From: Candidatus Lustribacter sp.
GTDB taxonomy: Bacteria > Vulcanimicrobiota > Vulcanimicrobiia > Vulcanimicrobiales > Vulcanimicrobiaceae
DNA: 64,000 nucleotides
Reading direction: 5' to 3'
Assembly (NCBI GenBank): GCA_965277805.1
Contig: OZ255842.1
Span: forward strand, 5,184,001 to 5,248,000
The translations under genes and the position numbers were made by a program. Numbering within the stretch: position 1 is the first letter of the stretch; each line of letters begins with the position of its first letter. Positions 9,450-19,518 of this stretch are shown in pieces. The notes under the pieces were generated by a model. It was given only the letters and a program-made list of their open reading frames with translations, was not told where the DNA came from and made no database searches.

Positions 9450-10542
9450 TGGCGGTCTCGCGCACCAGCGGTAAGAAGAGCGTGAATCGGCTACCGCGCG
9501 GCGCGCGCGCTTCGTATCCAACCGAACCGCCGTGGCTTTCGGCGACGCGGCGCACGAGATAGAGTCCGAGGCCGGTGCCGCCTCCGCGCCGCGACGCCGC
9601 CGCGCTGCTGAAGCGTTCGAAGAGCCGGTCGCGCAGGTTCTCCGGCACGCCGTAGCCGTCGTCGTCGACGGCGACCTCGGCGCTCTCGCCGTTGTGTGCG
9701 ACGCGCAGCGAGACGTGGCCGCCCTTGGGCGTCCACGTCAACGCATTGCCAGTCAGGTTCATCAGTGCGCGGCGCAACTCGCTCTCATCGCCGCTGGTCA
9801 GCGCGCGCTCACCCTCGGCAACCGTGAGCGCTATTTGCTTCGAGGCGGCGAGCGGCGCGAGGTCGCGCACCACCGTTTCGGCGACGCGGTTCAGGTCGAT
9901 GCGATCGCGTGCCGCGGCACGGTCGCCCGACTCGTAGCGCGCCACCAGCAACAACGTCTCTGCCAGCCGCTGCAACTCGTCGCTGGACTTGATGCTCCAC
10001 TCGAGCACGTCGCGGTAGCCCTCGGGCAGCGGTCCGTAGGCGCCCTCGCGCGCTTGGCGCATCGTCATGCCGGCAGCGGCGAGCGGCGTGCGCAGATCGT
10101 GCGAGAGCGCGTAGATGATGTCGCGGATGAAGTCGGAGCGCTCGGCGAGTTCGCGGTTGGCGCTCGCGAGCGCCTCGTTCTTCGAGGCCAAGAGGGCGCC
10201 TTGTGCCTCCTTTGCGGCGACCTCGCTCGCGCGCCGGGCGGCGCTTTGCGCGGCCACCGTGAGCACGCCGACGAGCAGAAACGACAAGCTCGACATCAAC
10301 CGGTTCGTCAGGGCCACGCTGTCCCACACGTAGCCCTCGTGGTAGGCGTCAAACCACGCCGCGGTGGCGTTGCAGATCAGCGCGCCGGCCACGAACGCGA
10401 GCGTCACCGAGCGTTTGCGGGTCAGCGCGCTCAGCGCGATCGGGATGTTGAGCAGGATCGACACGACGACCGGCTGCGGCGTGAACAGGTCCGCGGTCCA
10501 CGCGATCACGAGCAGGAGGGTGCACAGGGCGATTAGGGGCAT
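9442..10542 (-). CDS. Membrane sensor histidine kinase
   Basis: Four TM segments, H-box SHDLRTPL, N-box NLTGNA, DDGYG and GGTGLGL. Confidence 0.92.
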   Translation of the reverse strand: MPLIALCTLLLVIAWTADLFTPQPVVVSILLNIPIALSALTRKRSVTLAFVAGALICNATAAWFDAYHEGYVWDSVALTNRLMSSLSFLLVGVLTVAAQSAARRASEVAAKEAQGALLASKNEALASANRELAERSDFIRDIIYALSHDLRTPLAAAGMTMRQAREGAYGPLPEGYRDVLEWSIKSSDELQRLAETLLLVARYESGDRAAARDRIDLNRVAETVVRDLAPLAASKQIALTVAEGERALTSGDESELRRALMNLTGNALTWTPKGGHVSLRVAHNGESAEVAVDDDGYGVPENLRDRLFERFSSAAASRRGGGTGLGLYLVRRVAESHGGSVGYEARAPRGSRFTLFLPLVRETANV

Positions 10543-10646
10543 CGCGTCGCCTTTTTCTCGCGGTGAGGACGTGGTTACCGCATCCGAAAGGTTCATCCGA
10601 TCGGAGGGTTGCCGCACACCGAATGGAGGGACATGATTGTTGGCGC

Positions 10647-12206
10647 ATGTCCGTCGCCACCCATTCCCTGCGCCGCGCCGTTTCGCCGTGGGGCTCGTAT
10701 TCGTGGGGTTATGCCGACGTCGGCGCGGACATCTTCGTGGCGCTGGGGCTGGTTGTCGGCGCGGCCGCCGGTGCCGCGAACGTCGCGTTCCTCTTCGCCG
10801 GCGTCGTGTACGTCTGCGTCGGCCTGGCGTACACCGAGCTCGCCTCGGCCTATCCGGTGGCGGGCGGCGGCCAGTACTTCGTCATGCGCGGCCTGGGCGA
10901 TTTGCTGGGCTTCATCGCGGGCTGGGCGGTGCTGCTCGACTTCACGATCGACATCGTGCTCTTCGCGTGGGGCTGCGTCGGCTACCTCAGCTATCTGATC
11001 CCGTTTTTCGAGGCCACCAAGCATCCGCTGAACCATTTCATCTTCGTGCTCGCGCTGATCGTCGGGTTGGCCGTGCTCAACGTGATCGGCGTGCGCGAGA
11101 GCACCGCGTTCAACGGGATCGTCAGCGCGCTGGACGTCGTCAGCGAAACGACGATTCTGTTTTTCGGTTTCCTGTTTACCTTTAACCCCGATCTGCTGGT
11201 GCACTCGATGCAGGTCTTCTGGCCGACCCCGTTCATGCTGATGCAGGGCGTTTCGCTCGCGATCATCTCGTTCGTCGGCCTCGAGTCGATCTCACAGGCA
11301 GCCGAGGAAACGCACCGCCCCTCAGCGATCATTCCGCGCACGTCGATCGGGTTGATCCTGACGATCCTCATCTTCGCGCTTGCGTATTCGAACCTCGCGC
11401 TCGGCATGGAACCCTGGCACGCCACGCCGCCCGACGTGCACGGCCACGCGCAGATGCTCTGGCAAACGCTCGGCACGGCGGAAAACAACGATAAAGCCGT
11501 CGTGATCATGGCGCGCAATATTCCGTATTTCGGCGCCCTGGCGGCGCTCTACGTGCCGGTCTTGGGCGCGATTTTGCTGCTCATCTCAAGCAACTCCGGG
11601 GTCTTCGGGGCTTCGCGCATCGCGTACTCGATGAGCCAGTCCCGCCTCTTGCCCAGCGTGTTTCGCAAGATCCATCGCAAATACAGCACGCCGGTCGTCG
11701 CGATCGTGACGTTCACGAGCCTGTCGGTTGTGGTGTTGTGTCTGGCCGCGCTGCAAGGCGACAACGGCTTCAACTTTCTGGCCGATCTTTATGCGTTCGG
11801 TGCGGCGCTGAGCTATACGCTGGTCTTCGCAGCGCTGATCGCCTTACGTTTCAAGGAACCGGACGTGCCGCGCCCGTTCCGCATGCCGCTCAACATTAGA
11901 CTCAAGCGCCCGCGCGCCGACGTCTACTTTCCGATCATCGGCGTGATCGGATTCTGCGGCATCCTGATGATCTTGATCTTCGTGATCTTGACCCACCCGC
12001 TGGGGCGCATCGCCGGCCCGACGTGGGTGGTGCTCGGCTTGATCGCTTATGCCGTCTACCGCAAACGCAAAGAGCTGCCGGTCTTCGGTTCGCAGCAGCG
12101 CGACTGGTACGACGAGCAGCGCACGATCCTGATCAAAGCCGGCGAGTTGGAACTCCTGGACGAATTGACCGAGAACCGCGAACGCAGCGCCGAACTCGTC
12201 GGCTAA
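10647..12206 (+). CDS. APC family permease (copy 1)
   Basis: About 12 TMs, YTELASAYPVAGG, SFVGLESI and SRIAYSMS. Confidence 0.9.
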   Translation: MSVATHSLRRAVSPWGSYSWGYADVGADIFVALGLVVGAAAGAANVAFLFAGVVYVCVGLAYTELASAYPVAGGGQYFVMRGLGDLLGFIAGWAVLLDFTIDIVLFAWGCVGYLSYLIPFFEATKHPLNHFIFVLALIVGLAVLNVIGVRESTAFNGIVSALDVVSETTILFFGFLFTFNPDLLVHSMQVFWPTPFMLMQGVSLAIISFVGLESISQAAEETHRPSAIIPRTSIGLILTILIFALAYSNLALGMEPWHATPPDVHGHAQMLWQTLGTAENNDKAVVIMARNIPYFGALAALYVPVLGAILLLISSNSGVFGASRIAYSMSQSRLLPSVFRKIHRKYSTPVVAIVTFTSLSVVVLCLAALQGDNGFNFLADLYAFGAALSYTLVFAALIALRFKEPDVPRPFRMPLNIRLKRPRADVYFPIIGVIGFCGILMILIFVILTHPLGRIAGPTWVVLGLIAYAVYRKRKELPVFGSQQRDWYDEQRTILIKAGELELLDELTENRERSAELVG

Positions 12207-12811
12207 AGAGCGGCCTCTTCGCGCCGCTCGTCGACCAGCAGCGTGCCGTATTGGCCCGGGACGCCGATCAGCACATCGCACTTCGCCCGCGTCGTGATCT
12301 CCTCGATTGCGCGTCCGAGCGGCGCGCCGGTGTACTTGCCTTCGCGATACGAACCCATGACGAGCAAGTGCGCGCCGTTCTTGCGCGCGAGTTCGAGCGC
12401 GGCTGCGCTGATGCGCCGCGCGTGGATGATCTCCGTGTGAATGTTCGCGCCGTGCTTTCGCGCGATCGCCTCGGCCGTCGCGAGGACGCCCAGCCCTTCG
12501 CGATCTTCTTCGGGCGTTTGCGCGGAATCCGGCAACACCAGCGGCACCTCGACGATGTAGACGGCGAACAGCTCGGCGCGCTGCTGACGCGCCAAGCGCG
12601 CGGCGAGAACCATCATGTGTTCGGAGTGGATTTCGCCGGCGAACAGCACGATGATGCTGCCGACCATTTCCGAGAGCGCCGCCTCAGCCTGGCGCGCCGC
12701 AACGTCGGCGCGGGTGCGCGGCGGATGCAGCATCCACCACAGCGTGGCGACGACCGAGAGCAGTACGGCAAGGCCGAGCAGCGCACCGGCCGGGTGAACG
12801 GCAACGGTCAC
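12203..12811 (-). CDS. Membrane-anchored universal stress protein
   Basis: N-terminal TM, AHLLVMGS and AKCDVLI USP motifs; GTGA overlap with the upstream gene. Confidence 0.82.
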   Translation of the reverse strand: MTVAVHPAGALLGLAVLLSVVATLWWMLHPPRTRADVAARQAEAALSEMVGSIIVLFAGEIHSEHMMVLAARLARQQRAELFAVYIVEVPLVLPDSAQTPEEDREGLGVLATAEAIARKHGANIHTEIIHARRISAAALELARKNGAHLLVMGSYREGKYTGAPLGRAIEEITTRAKCDVLIGVPGQYGTLLVDERREEAAL

Positions 12812-13023
12812 GGTGCGGGCTTCCCCGCGGCCAAGGCGCCGCGAATGCGAACGTAACCGAGCACCATCATCGCGGCGCCGAGCAGAATGCCGGGCACCGA
12901 TTCCAGCCGGAAACCGACGCCGTGCACGATTTGGAACACGATCAGGCCGCCCAGCACGATGAAGAAGACGCCGAATACGCCGCGAGCGCGCGCGTAGGTC
13001 CGGCTCTGGGACAAGCCCCTCAC
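12808..13023 (-). CDS. Small two-TM membrane protein
   Basis: Two hydrophobic helices; GTGA overlaps at both ends. Confidence 0.7.
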   Translation of the reverse strand: MRGLSQSRTYARARGVFGVFFIVLGGLIVFQIVHGVGFRLESVPGILLGAAMMVLGYVRIRGALAAGKPAP

Positions 13024-14600
13024 GGAACCCCGGCCTTTTCGGGAGCGTCGTCGCGGCGCACGCGCAGCTTCTCGGCCAGCTCATCCATCAGCTCGAGTTC
13101 GCCCGATTCGCGCAAGATGACGAGTTGCTGCGCGCTCCAGTCGCGCTTCTGCGACCCGAAGAGCGGCAGCTTTTTGTGCTTGCGATAGAAGATATAGCCG
13201 ATCGTGCCCAAGATCAGCCACGACGGGCCGGCGATGCGTCCGATCGGGTGCGTCAACAGCACGAAGACGAGAATCGAGAGGATGCCCATCAGGCCGATGA
13301 CGCCGACGATCGGAAAGAGCACGCGTTCGCCGCGAAACATCATCGGCACGTTCCATGGAATGATGAACTTGCGCGGCGTCAAGGGATCGTTGAGGCGCAA
13401 TGCGATCAGCGCGCAAAACACGAGCGTGTAACTCGCGGCGGCGCCGAAGGCATACAGATCGCCGAGGAACGTGAAACCGCCGTTGCCTTGTAAGGCGGCG
13501 AAGATCAGTTCGACGATCGCCACCCCGCAGAACACGACGGTCGCGACGACCGGCGTGCGGTACTTGCGGTCGATCTTCTCGAAAATCGTCGGCAGCAACC
13601 GAAATTGGCTCATCGAGTAGGCGATGCGAGCCGCGCCGAAAACGCCGGAGTTGCTCGAGATCAAGAGCAGAATCGAACCGAGGATCGGAACGTAGAGTCC
13701 TGCGATCAGCCCGAAATACGGAATTTCCTGGGCGATGATCGCGACGGCCTTATCGTTGTTCGCCGGCGTTCCGAGGAAGGCGTAGAACGGCTGCACGACG
13801 CCGTGCGCGTCGGGCGGCGTGGCGTGCCACGGCGTCATGCCGAGCGCGAGGTTGGAATAGGCGAGCGCGAAGATCAGGATCGTGAGAATCAGCGCCAGCG
13901 ACGTGCGCGGGATGATCGACGACGGGCGGTGCGTTTCCTCGGCGGCGTGCGAGATCGACTCGAGGCCGACGAACGAGATGATGGCGAGCGAAATACCGTT
14001 CATCAAATTGAAGGGGTTGGGCCAGCCGGTCTGCATCGAGTGCACGAGCAGTCCCGGATCGAACGCGAACAAGAAGCCGAAGAAGAGAATCGACGTTTCG
14101 CTGATAACGTCGGCTGCGCTCACGAACCCCTGGAACGCCGTGCTCTCGCGCACGCCGCGGACGTTGAGATATCCGAGCCCGATGATCAGCCCCAGAATAA
14201 CCAGGAAGTGGATCAGCGGATGAACGGTTTGCGAGAGCCCGGGAATCAAATTGCTGAGATAACCGACGCAGCCCCAGGCGAAGAGCGCGATGTCGATCGT
14301 GAAATCGAGCAGCACGGCCCAGCCGGCCATGAAACCGAGCAGATCGCCAAGGCCGCGCATGACGAAGTATTGTCCGCCGCCGGCGACGGGATAGGCCGCT
14401 GCCAATTCGGTGTAGGCGAGACCGACGCAGATATAGACGAAGCCCGCGAACAGAAACGCCACGTTCGAAGCGCCGGCCGCGACGCCGAAGACGAGGCCCA
14501 GGGCCACGAAAATGTCCGCACCGACATCCGCGTAACCCCACGAGTATGAGCCCCACGGTGTGACGGACCGCCGCAGCGATGCTTGATCTTTAGATTCCAT
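13020..14600 (-). CDS. APC family permease (copy 2, paralog of 10647-12206)
   Basis: Shares long identical blocks with copy 1, e.g. PWGSYSWGYADVGADIFVALGLV. Confidence 0.9.
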   Translation of the reverse strand: MESKDQASLRRSVTPWGSYSWGYADVGADIFVALGLVFGVAAGASNVAFLFAGFVYICVGLAYTELAAAYPVAGGGQYFVMRGLGDLLGFMAGWAVLLDFTIDIALFAWGCVGYLSNLIPGLSQTVHPLIHFLVILGLIIGLGYLNVRGVRESTAFQGFVSAADVISETSILFFGFLFAFDPGLLVHSMQTGWPNPFNLMNGISLAIISFVGLESISHAAEETHRPSSIIPRTSLALILTILIFALAYSNLALGMTPWHATPPDAHGVVQPFYAFLGTPANNDKAVAIIAQEIPYFGLIAGLYVPILGSILLLISSNSGVFGAARIAYSMSQFRLLPTIFEKIDRKYRTPVVATVVFCGVAIVELIFAALQGNGGFTFLGDLYAFGAAASYTLVFCALIALRLNDPLTPRKFIIPWNVPMMFRGERVLFPIVGVIGLMGILSILVFVLLTHPIGRIAGPSWLILGTIGYIFYRKHKKLPLFGSQKRDWSAQQLVILRESGELELMDELAEKLRVRRDDAPEKAGVP

Positions 14601-14603
14601 GGT

Positions 14604-15908
14604 TTAGCGGAGGCGGACTCCCATCCGTTGGAGTGCGTGGAGAACGCGTTCGCCGTCGTCGACTTCAGCCGTGAGATTGCGCGCGCGTAAGACGAGCAGC
14701 GCACGGCCCAGGGTCTCGATCGCGTTTTCGACTTCGTGCCGGTCGGGCCGTTCGGAATCGGCGCCTTTGGCAAGCACCATCGTCGCATATTTCAGCGCGG
14801 TCTTCGCGTGCTCGACGTGATTGCGCACTTCCGAGAATGCCTTGAGTGCGGCCACGTAAGCGCGCGTCGCCTCGGTCCAGTCGCGCTTGCGCGCGGCCAG
14901 CATTCCGGCGAGCGTGTTGGCGTAACCCTCGTTGAGGGTTTGCGTATTGCCGAAGGTGCGTTCGAGGACCGAGCGCGCCTCGACTTCCGCAGCGGTGTTG
15001 CTGCCGGTGCTCGGGGCCGTTCGCGGCGGGCCCTGCATCGTCGTGGCGACGCCGACCGCACTGGACGGTGCTTCGCCCGGTTCGTTGAGGCCGAGCAGGG
15101 TGCGGATGTCGACGATGACTTCGCGCGCCGACGCATAGCGGCGTTCGGGATCTTTCTCGAGCAGCCGCAGCACGATACGTTCGATCGGCGCCGGCACCGC
15201 CGGGTTGATCGTGCGCAGCGCGGCCGGCGGTTCGTTCACGTGCGCGAAGATCACCGCCACGAGATCGTCGGACTCGTTCTTGAACGGCACGGTGCCGGTG
15301 AAGACTTCGTACATCACGACGCCGACGCTGTAGAGGTCGCTGCGCGCATCGGCGATCTTGCCCAGAAAGCGTTCGGGTGAGAGATAGGCGATCGTGCCGA
15401 CGATCTCGCCCGCATTCGTCACGCTCGACATCTCGCTCGTGCGGCGCGAGAGGCCGAAGTCCATCACCTTGATCGCGCCGCTGGACAGCACCATGATGTT
15501 GGCCGGCTTCACGTCGCGATGGACGACGTTGTTCTCGTGCGCGAACGCCAGCGCTTCGAGCAACTCGAGGATGTAGCGCAGCGCGGTATGCACGGTGAGT
15601 TCGCTCGGCGAGATGGTGGCCAGCGTGCGGCCCTGCACGAGTTCCATTACGATGTAGGACACGCCGTCGTTTTGCGCGGCGTCGTAGACGCCGACGATGT
15701 TCGTGTGGTTGAGGCGCGCCATCGATTGCGCTTCGCGCAGGAACCGCTTGCGCAGATCCTCGCTGCGGTCGGTCAGGATCTTGATCGCGACTTGGCGCTG
15801 CAGCACGACGTCCATGCCGCGGTACACGTCGGACATACCACCGCGCCCGATCAGGGCATCGATCCGGTAGCGTCCGCCGAGGAGTTTCTTCTCGAGCTCG
15901 CCGCTCAT
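14604..15908 (-). CDS. Hanks-type Ser/Thr protein kinase with C-terminal helical (TPR-like) domain
   Basis: [30 protein letters not shown] and SDLYSVG; no TM seen. Confidence 0.92.
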   Translation of the reverse strand: MSGELEKKLLGGRYRIDALIGRGGMSDVYRGMDVVLQRQVAIKILTDRSEDLRKRFLREAQSMARLNHTNIVGVYDAAQNDGVSYIVMELVQGRTLATISPSELTVHTALRYILELLEALAFAHENNVVHRDVKPANIMVLSSGAIKVMDFGLSRRTSEMSSVTNAGEIVGTIAYLSPERFLGKIADARSDLYSVGVVMYEVFTGTVPFKNESDDLVAVIFAHVNEPPAALRTINPAVPAPIERIVLRLLEKDPERRYASAREVIVDIRTLLGLNEPGEAPSSAVGVATTMQGPPRTAPSTGSNTAAEVEARSVLERTFGNTQTLNEGYANTLAGMLAARKRDWTEATRAYVAALKAFSEVRNHVEHAKTALKYATMVLAKGADSERPDRHEVENAIETLGRALLVLRARNLTAEVDDGERVLHALQRMGVRLR

Positions 15909-16249
15909 GCAAACGCCCCGCGATGCAGATGGGCGCCCGCGGCGTCGATCGTCACCACGTCGAAGCGCGCGTTCGCGCCGGGCGCCGCAATCTGCAGCCA
16001 GTCGGCCGCGATCGCGCGCAGCGTGCGCTTCTTGCGGGCGTCGACCGCGCCGATTGCCGAGCCGAAGCGCTGTGAAGCGCGGGCTTTGACCTCGACGAAA
16101 ACGATGGTGTCGCGATCGCGCGCGATGACGTCGATCTCGCCGCCGGGCAAACGCACGTTACGAGCGATCACCGCATACCCGGATTCTTCGAGGAGTCGAA
16201 CCGCAGCGTCTTCACCTTCACGACCGAACCGTGTTCGTCGGTTCATCAC
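15905..16249 (-). CDS. yraN: YraN family endonuclease
   Basis: G..GEDAA, RNVR..GEIDVIA, VFVEVKAR and RFDVV. Confidence 0.92.
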   Translation of the reverse strand: MMNRRTRFGREGEDAAVRLLEESGYAVIARNVRLPGGEIDVIARDRDTIVFVEVKARASQRFGSAIGAVDARKKRTLRAIAADWLQIAAPGANARFDVVTIDAAGAHLHRGAFA

Positions 16250-16926
16250 GACAAGCCCGGCAAGAGTTGAATGGCTTCACGGACTCGCCAAAACCCCCGC
16301 CGGTGGGCGGCGCATGGTCCGTGGGCCGTCAAGGCTTCGATGTGCCGTTGGGTCGCGTATCCCTTGTGTTCGGCGAAACCGTACTGCGGGTACAGCCCGT
16401 CGAGCTCGACCAAGAGGCCGTCGCGGTGGACTTTGGCCACGATCGAGGCAGCCGCAACACTGGCGCACTTGGCGTCGCCCTTGATGACCGGCTCCTGCGG
16501 TCCCGCGAACGACTTGATCCGGACGGCGTCGGTCAGCAGGTAGTCGATCGTACAGCCCGCGGCGGCGATAGCGCGCTCCATGGCGAGGACCGAGGCCCAG
16601 TAGATGTTCAGCCGGTCGATTTCGGCTACGCTCGCCTCGCCGACCGCCCAAGCGACGCAGTGCGCTTTGATCGTCTCGGCCAGTTCCGAGCGCAGCTCGG
16701 GCCGGACTTGCTTCGAGTCGTTGAGGCCTTTGAGATAGAGCGGGCCGTCGAGGACGACCACCGCCGCTACAACGGGCCCCGCGAGCGGCCCGCGTCCGAC
16801 TTCGTCGGTGCCCCCGATGAAGCGGTGTCCGTTCGCCCGGGCGGCATCTTCGTAGCGATGGAGGCGCACCAGGCGGCGCTGCTCGCGCTCGCGAGCGTTG
16901 CGGCGTTTCTTGGCCGGATCGGTCAC
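16246..16926 (-). CDS. rnhB: Ribonuclease HII
   Basis: DEVGRGPLAGPVVAA, LNDSK, KGDA..AAASIVAKV.RD and HKGY. Confidence 0.95.
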   Translation of the reverse strand: MTDPAKKRRNAREREQRRLVRLHRYEDAARANGHRFIGGTDEVGRGPLAGPVVAAVVVLDGPLYLKGLNDSKQVRPELRSELAETIKAHCVAWAVGEASVAEIDRLNIYWASVLAMERAIAAAGCTIDYLLTDAVRIKSFAGPQEPVIKGDAKCASVAAASIVAKVHRDGLLVELDGLYPQYGFAEHKGYATQRHIEALTAHGPCAAHRRGFWRVREAIQLLPGLS

Positions 16927-17726
16927 GCCGCGGCCTCCGGCGGATCTTCGAACGTGATGCGCCCGAGCTTGCCTTCGCCGAACGCGCGCATATAGGCGCC
17001 GGCGGCATTGTGCGCGTCGATCTCGTCGCCGCGGCGGATGAATCCCCGGGCGCGGGCGAAGCGCTCGAGGTCGGGAACGTCGAGCTTCGGGACGTGCACC
17101 GCAGCCCACGCATGAAAGCGCGCGATCACGTCTTCGGGATCGTAGCGTTCGCGCGGCAACGCCCCGGTCAGCGCCAGCATCCACTGCGCGTCGGCGGTCG
17201 GAATCTTCGGGACGAGGATGCCGGGCGTATCCATCACTTCGAGCTGGGCATTGGCGCGAATCCAGCGCAACTGGCGGGTCACGCCGGCTTTGTTCTCCGT
17301 TTTGGCCGCCGTTCGTTTCGCCAAGCCGTTGATCAGCGACGATTTTCCGGTATTCGGAATTCCGATCACGATCGCGCGCGAAGGTCCGCGGCCGGCGACG
17401 AAGCGATCGAGTTCGGCGCGCGCGCGATTGACGCTCGGCTGAATGCGGCCGTCGACCGCGATGGCGGGACGGTTATGCGCGGCATACCACGCCAGCCATC
17501 TGCGCGTTGCGAACGGATCGGCGAGGTCATCGCGGCCCAGGATCACGAGTCGCGGGCGCGTCCCGACGATCCGGTCGAGTTCGGGGTTGGAGCTCATCAA
17601 CGGCAAGCGCGCGTCCAGCACCTCGATCACCACATCGACCAGCGCGAGCCGTTCTTCGAGCAAGCGCATCGCCCGCACCATGTGGCCGGGAAACCATTGG
17701 ATCTGCTGCTCCGTCGGCTCCGTCAT
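16923..17726 (-). CDS. rbgA: Ribosome biogenesis GTPase RbgA/YlqF
   Basis: IQWFPGHM, DARLP, GIPNTGKSS and DTPGIL. Confidence 0.93.
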   Translation of the reverse strand: MTEPTEQQIQWFPGHMVRAMRLLEERLALVDVVIEVLDARLPLMSSNPELDRIVGTRPRLVILGRDDLADPFATRRWLAWYAAHNRPAIAVDGRIQPSVNRARAELDRFVAGRGPSRAIVIGIPNTGKSSLINGLAKRTAAKTENKAGVTRQLRWIRANAQLEVMDTPGILVPKIPTADAQWMLALTGALPRERYDPEDVIARFHAWAAVHVPKLDVPDLERFARARGFIRRGDEIDAHNAAGAYMRAFGEGKLGRITFEDPPEAAA

Positions 17727-18223
17727 GAGTGCAGACGCTCCGGCGGCCACAACCCGATCAGGGCCTTGCCGATGACGGCGTTTTCGTCGACCGGGCCCCA
17801 GGTGCGCGAGTCTTCGCTCTCGGCGCGGTTGTCGCCCAACACGTAGATCCCGTGGGCCGGGACGGTGATATCCGCGACGTTTTGCCGGTCGCGAAACGAG
17901 ACGTACGGCTCGGCGACCGCGGTGCCGTTGACGTAAAGCGTGCCGCCGTCGATGCGCACGTGGTCCCCGGGCAGCGCGACGACGCGCTTGAGAAACGTCT
18001 GCGCCGTCGCTTCGTCGTGATGGAGCGCGACGATATCGCCGCGTTTAATCGGGCCCATGCGATATGCGAGCGTGTTGATCAAGACGAGTTCGCCCGGCTG
18101 CACGTGCGGCAGCATCGAGGGTCCCGTCACTTGCGGAATCCGCAGGAAGAACGCCATCCCGATCGCGAGCAACACAACGACCTGCACGCTGACCCGGAAG
18201 ACATGACGCGGGTGCGAGAGCAC
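17723..18223 (-). CDS. lepB: Signal peptidase I
   Basis: GPSMLP (catalytic Ser), LKRVVALPGD (Lys) and GDNR..SEDSR. Confidence 0.9.
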   Translation of the reverse strand: MLSHPRHVFRVSVQVVVLLAIGMAFFLRIPQVTGPSMLPHVQPGELVLINTLAYRMGPIKRGDIVALHHDEATAQTFLKRVVALPGDHVRIDGGTLYVNGTAVAEPYVSFRDRQNVADITVPAHGIYVLGDNRAESEDSRTWGPVDENAVIGKALIGLWPPERLHS

Positions 18224-18257
18224 GTTGCGCCCTTCGCGCTTTAGCCGCGCAAATCCA

Positions 18258-18995
18258 CTAACGGAGGATGTGAAGGCGGTCGAGCGGCCAGAAGATCAGA
18301 AACGCATGGCCGGTGAACGAGGCTTTTTGCCCCTTGAGCGGACCGGCCAGAAATGTACCGTCGGCTTGCGCGAAGCCCCAGATGTGCGAGTCCTCGGAAT
18401 TGTTCCGGTTGTCGCCCATCATGAAATAGCAGCCGTCGGGAATGCGATCCGGCGCCGTCCACTTATCCTTCGGCGGGATGTTCGCCATCGTCGGATCGAG
18501 CGGCGTGCCGTCGACGTAGATGTTGTAATTGCGAATCTGCAATTCGTAGTTCGGCTTCTGCGCCTCGTAGGGTTCCACCAGTGCCTCGCCGTTGCGATAG
18601 ACGATCCCGTTGTGGATACGCAGCGTATCGCCGGGCGCGCCGATGAGCCGCTTGATGAAATCGTTGGGCGATTCGATCGGCGGCGGGAAAACGACGATGT
18701 CTTCACGCGACGGCTTACTGAAGCGGTATTCGAACTCATTGACCAGCAGCACGTCGTGGATCTGCAAGGTCGGGATCATCGAGCCGGACGGAATGAAGAA
18801 CGTCCGGATGACGAACGTGATCAGGAAGAGCGCAACGAGGCCCGCGACGATGAATGCATCGAGATATTCGCGGATGACCGTACGAGCCGACGGGCCCGTG
18901 TCGGGACCGGCAGCGACCGGCGCCGGTTTGATACTGATCGCCACCCGGACGATGGCGAAGATACAGATCAGAGCGAGAAGTTCGAGAGGGGTCAC
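18258..18995 (-). CDS. lepB: Signal peptidase I
   Basis: IPSGSMIPTL, FIKRLIGAPGD and MGDNRNNSEDSH. Confidence 0.93.
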   Translation of the reverse strand: MTPLELLALICIFAIVRVAISIKPAPVAAGPDTGPSARTVIREYLDAFIVAGLVALFLITFVIRTFFIPSGSMIPTLQIHDVLLVNEFEYRFSKPSREDIVVFPPPIESPNDFIKRLIGAPGDTLRIHNGIVYRNGEALVEPYEAQKPNYELQIRNYNIYVDGTPLDPTMANIPPKDKWTAPDRIPDGCYFMMGDNRNNSEDSHIWGFAQADGTFLAGPLKGQKASFTGHAFLIFWPLDRLHILR

Positions 18996-19002
18996 CGCTC
19001 GG

Positions 19003-19353
19003 CTACTTCGCGACCTTCTTTTCCTTGATGCGAGCGGCCTTACCGATCTTATCGCTCAAGTAGTAGAGGCGGCTGCGGCGCACGATGCCGCGCTTCGAAA
19101 TCTCGATGCGATCGACGCGGGGGCTGTGCAGCAAGAACGATTTCTCGACGCCGACGCCGTGCGCGACGCGGCGCACGGTGATCGATTCAGCCGAACCGCC
19201 GCCCTTGCGAACGGTCACGGTACCCTCGAACATCTGAATGCGTTCTTTGCCGCCTTCGACGACCTTCGAGTAAACTTTCACCGTATCGCCCGGCCGGAAA
19301 TCGGGGACGCTCGGCTTTTCCTGTTCCTTTTGGATCAGGTCGATGACGTTCAT
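19003..19353 (-). CDS. rplS: 50S ribosomal protein L19
   Basis: PDFRPGDTVKV, GVGVEK and RRSRLYYL. Confidence 0.97.
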   Translation of the reverse strand: MNVIDLIQKEQEKPSVPDFRPGDTVKVYSKVVEGGKERIQMFEGTVTVRKGGGSAESITVRRVAHGVGVEKSFLLHSPRVDRIEISKRGIVRRSRLYYLSDKIGKAARIKEKKVAK

Positions 19354-19373
19354 GACTGCTCTCTACTCACGCG

Positions 19374-19418
19374 CGGGAGCGGCCACAGAGGGGCCGCGAC
19401 AACCCGCCGAGTGTATCA
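19374..19418 (-). promoter_or_regulatory. Extended -10 promoter and hairpin leader of rplS
   Basis: TGaTACACT on the minus strand (19418-19410), followed by a GCGGCC..GGCCGC hairpin at 19379-19397. Confidence 0.5.
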
Positions 19419-19518
19419 CGAAAGCGGTAGCCGTTCAAGCGCGGTGCGGTTCCGTACGCTCGGTCAGCTCGGTAAGCAAACCAGCGACTTACCAGGCGCT
19501 AGGCGGTATAATCGGCGT

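Noticed and set aside
17723-18995. Tandem lepB genes
   Set aside because: Multiple signal peptidases next to rplS are common, and both have normal Ser/Lys dyads
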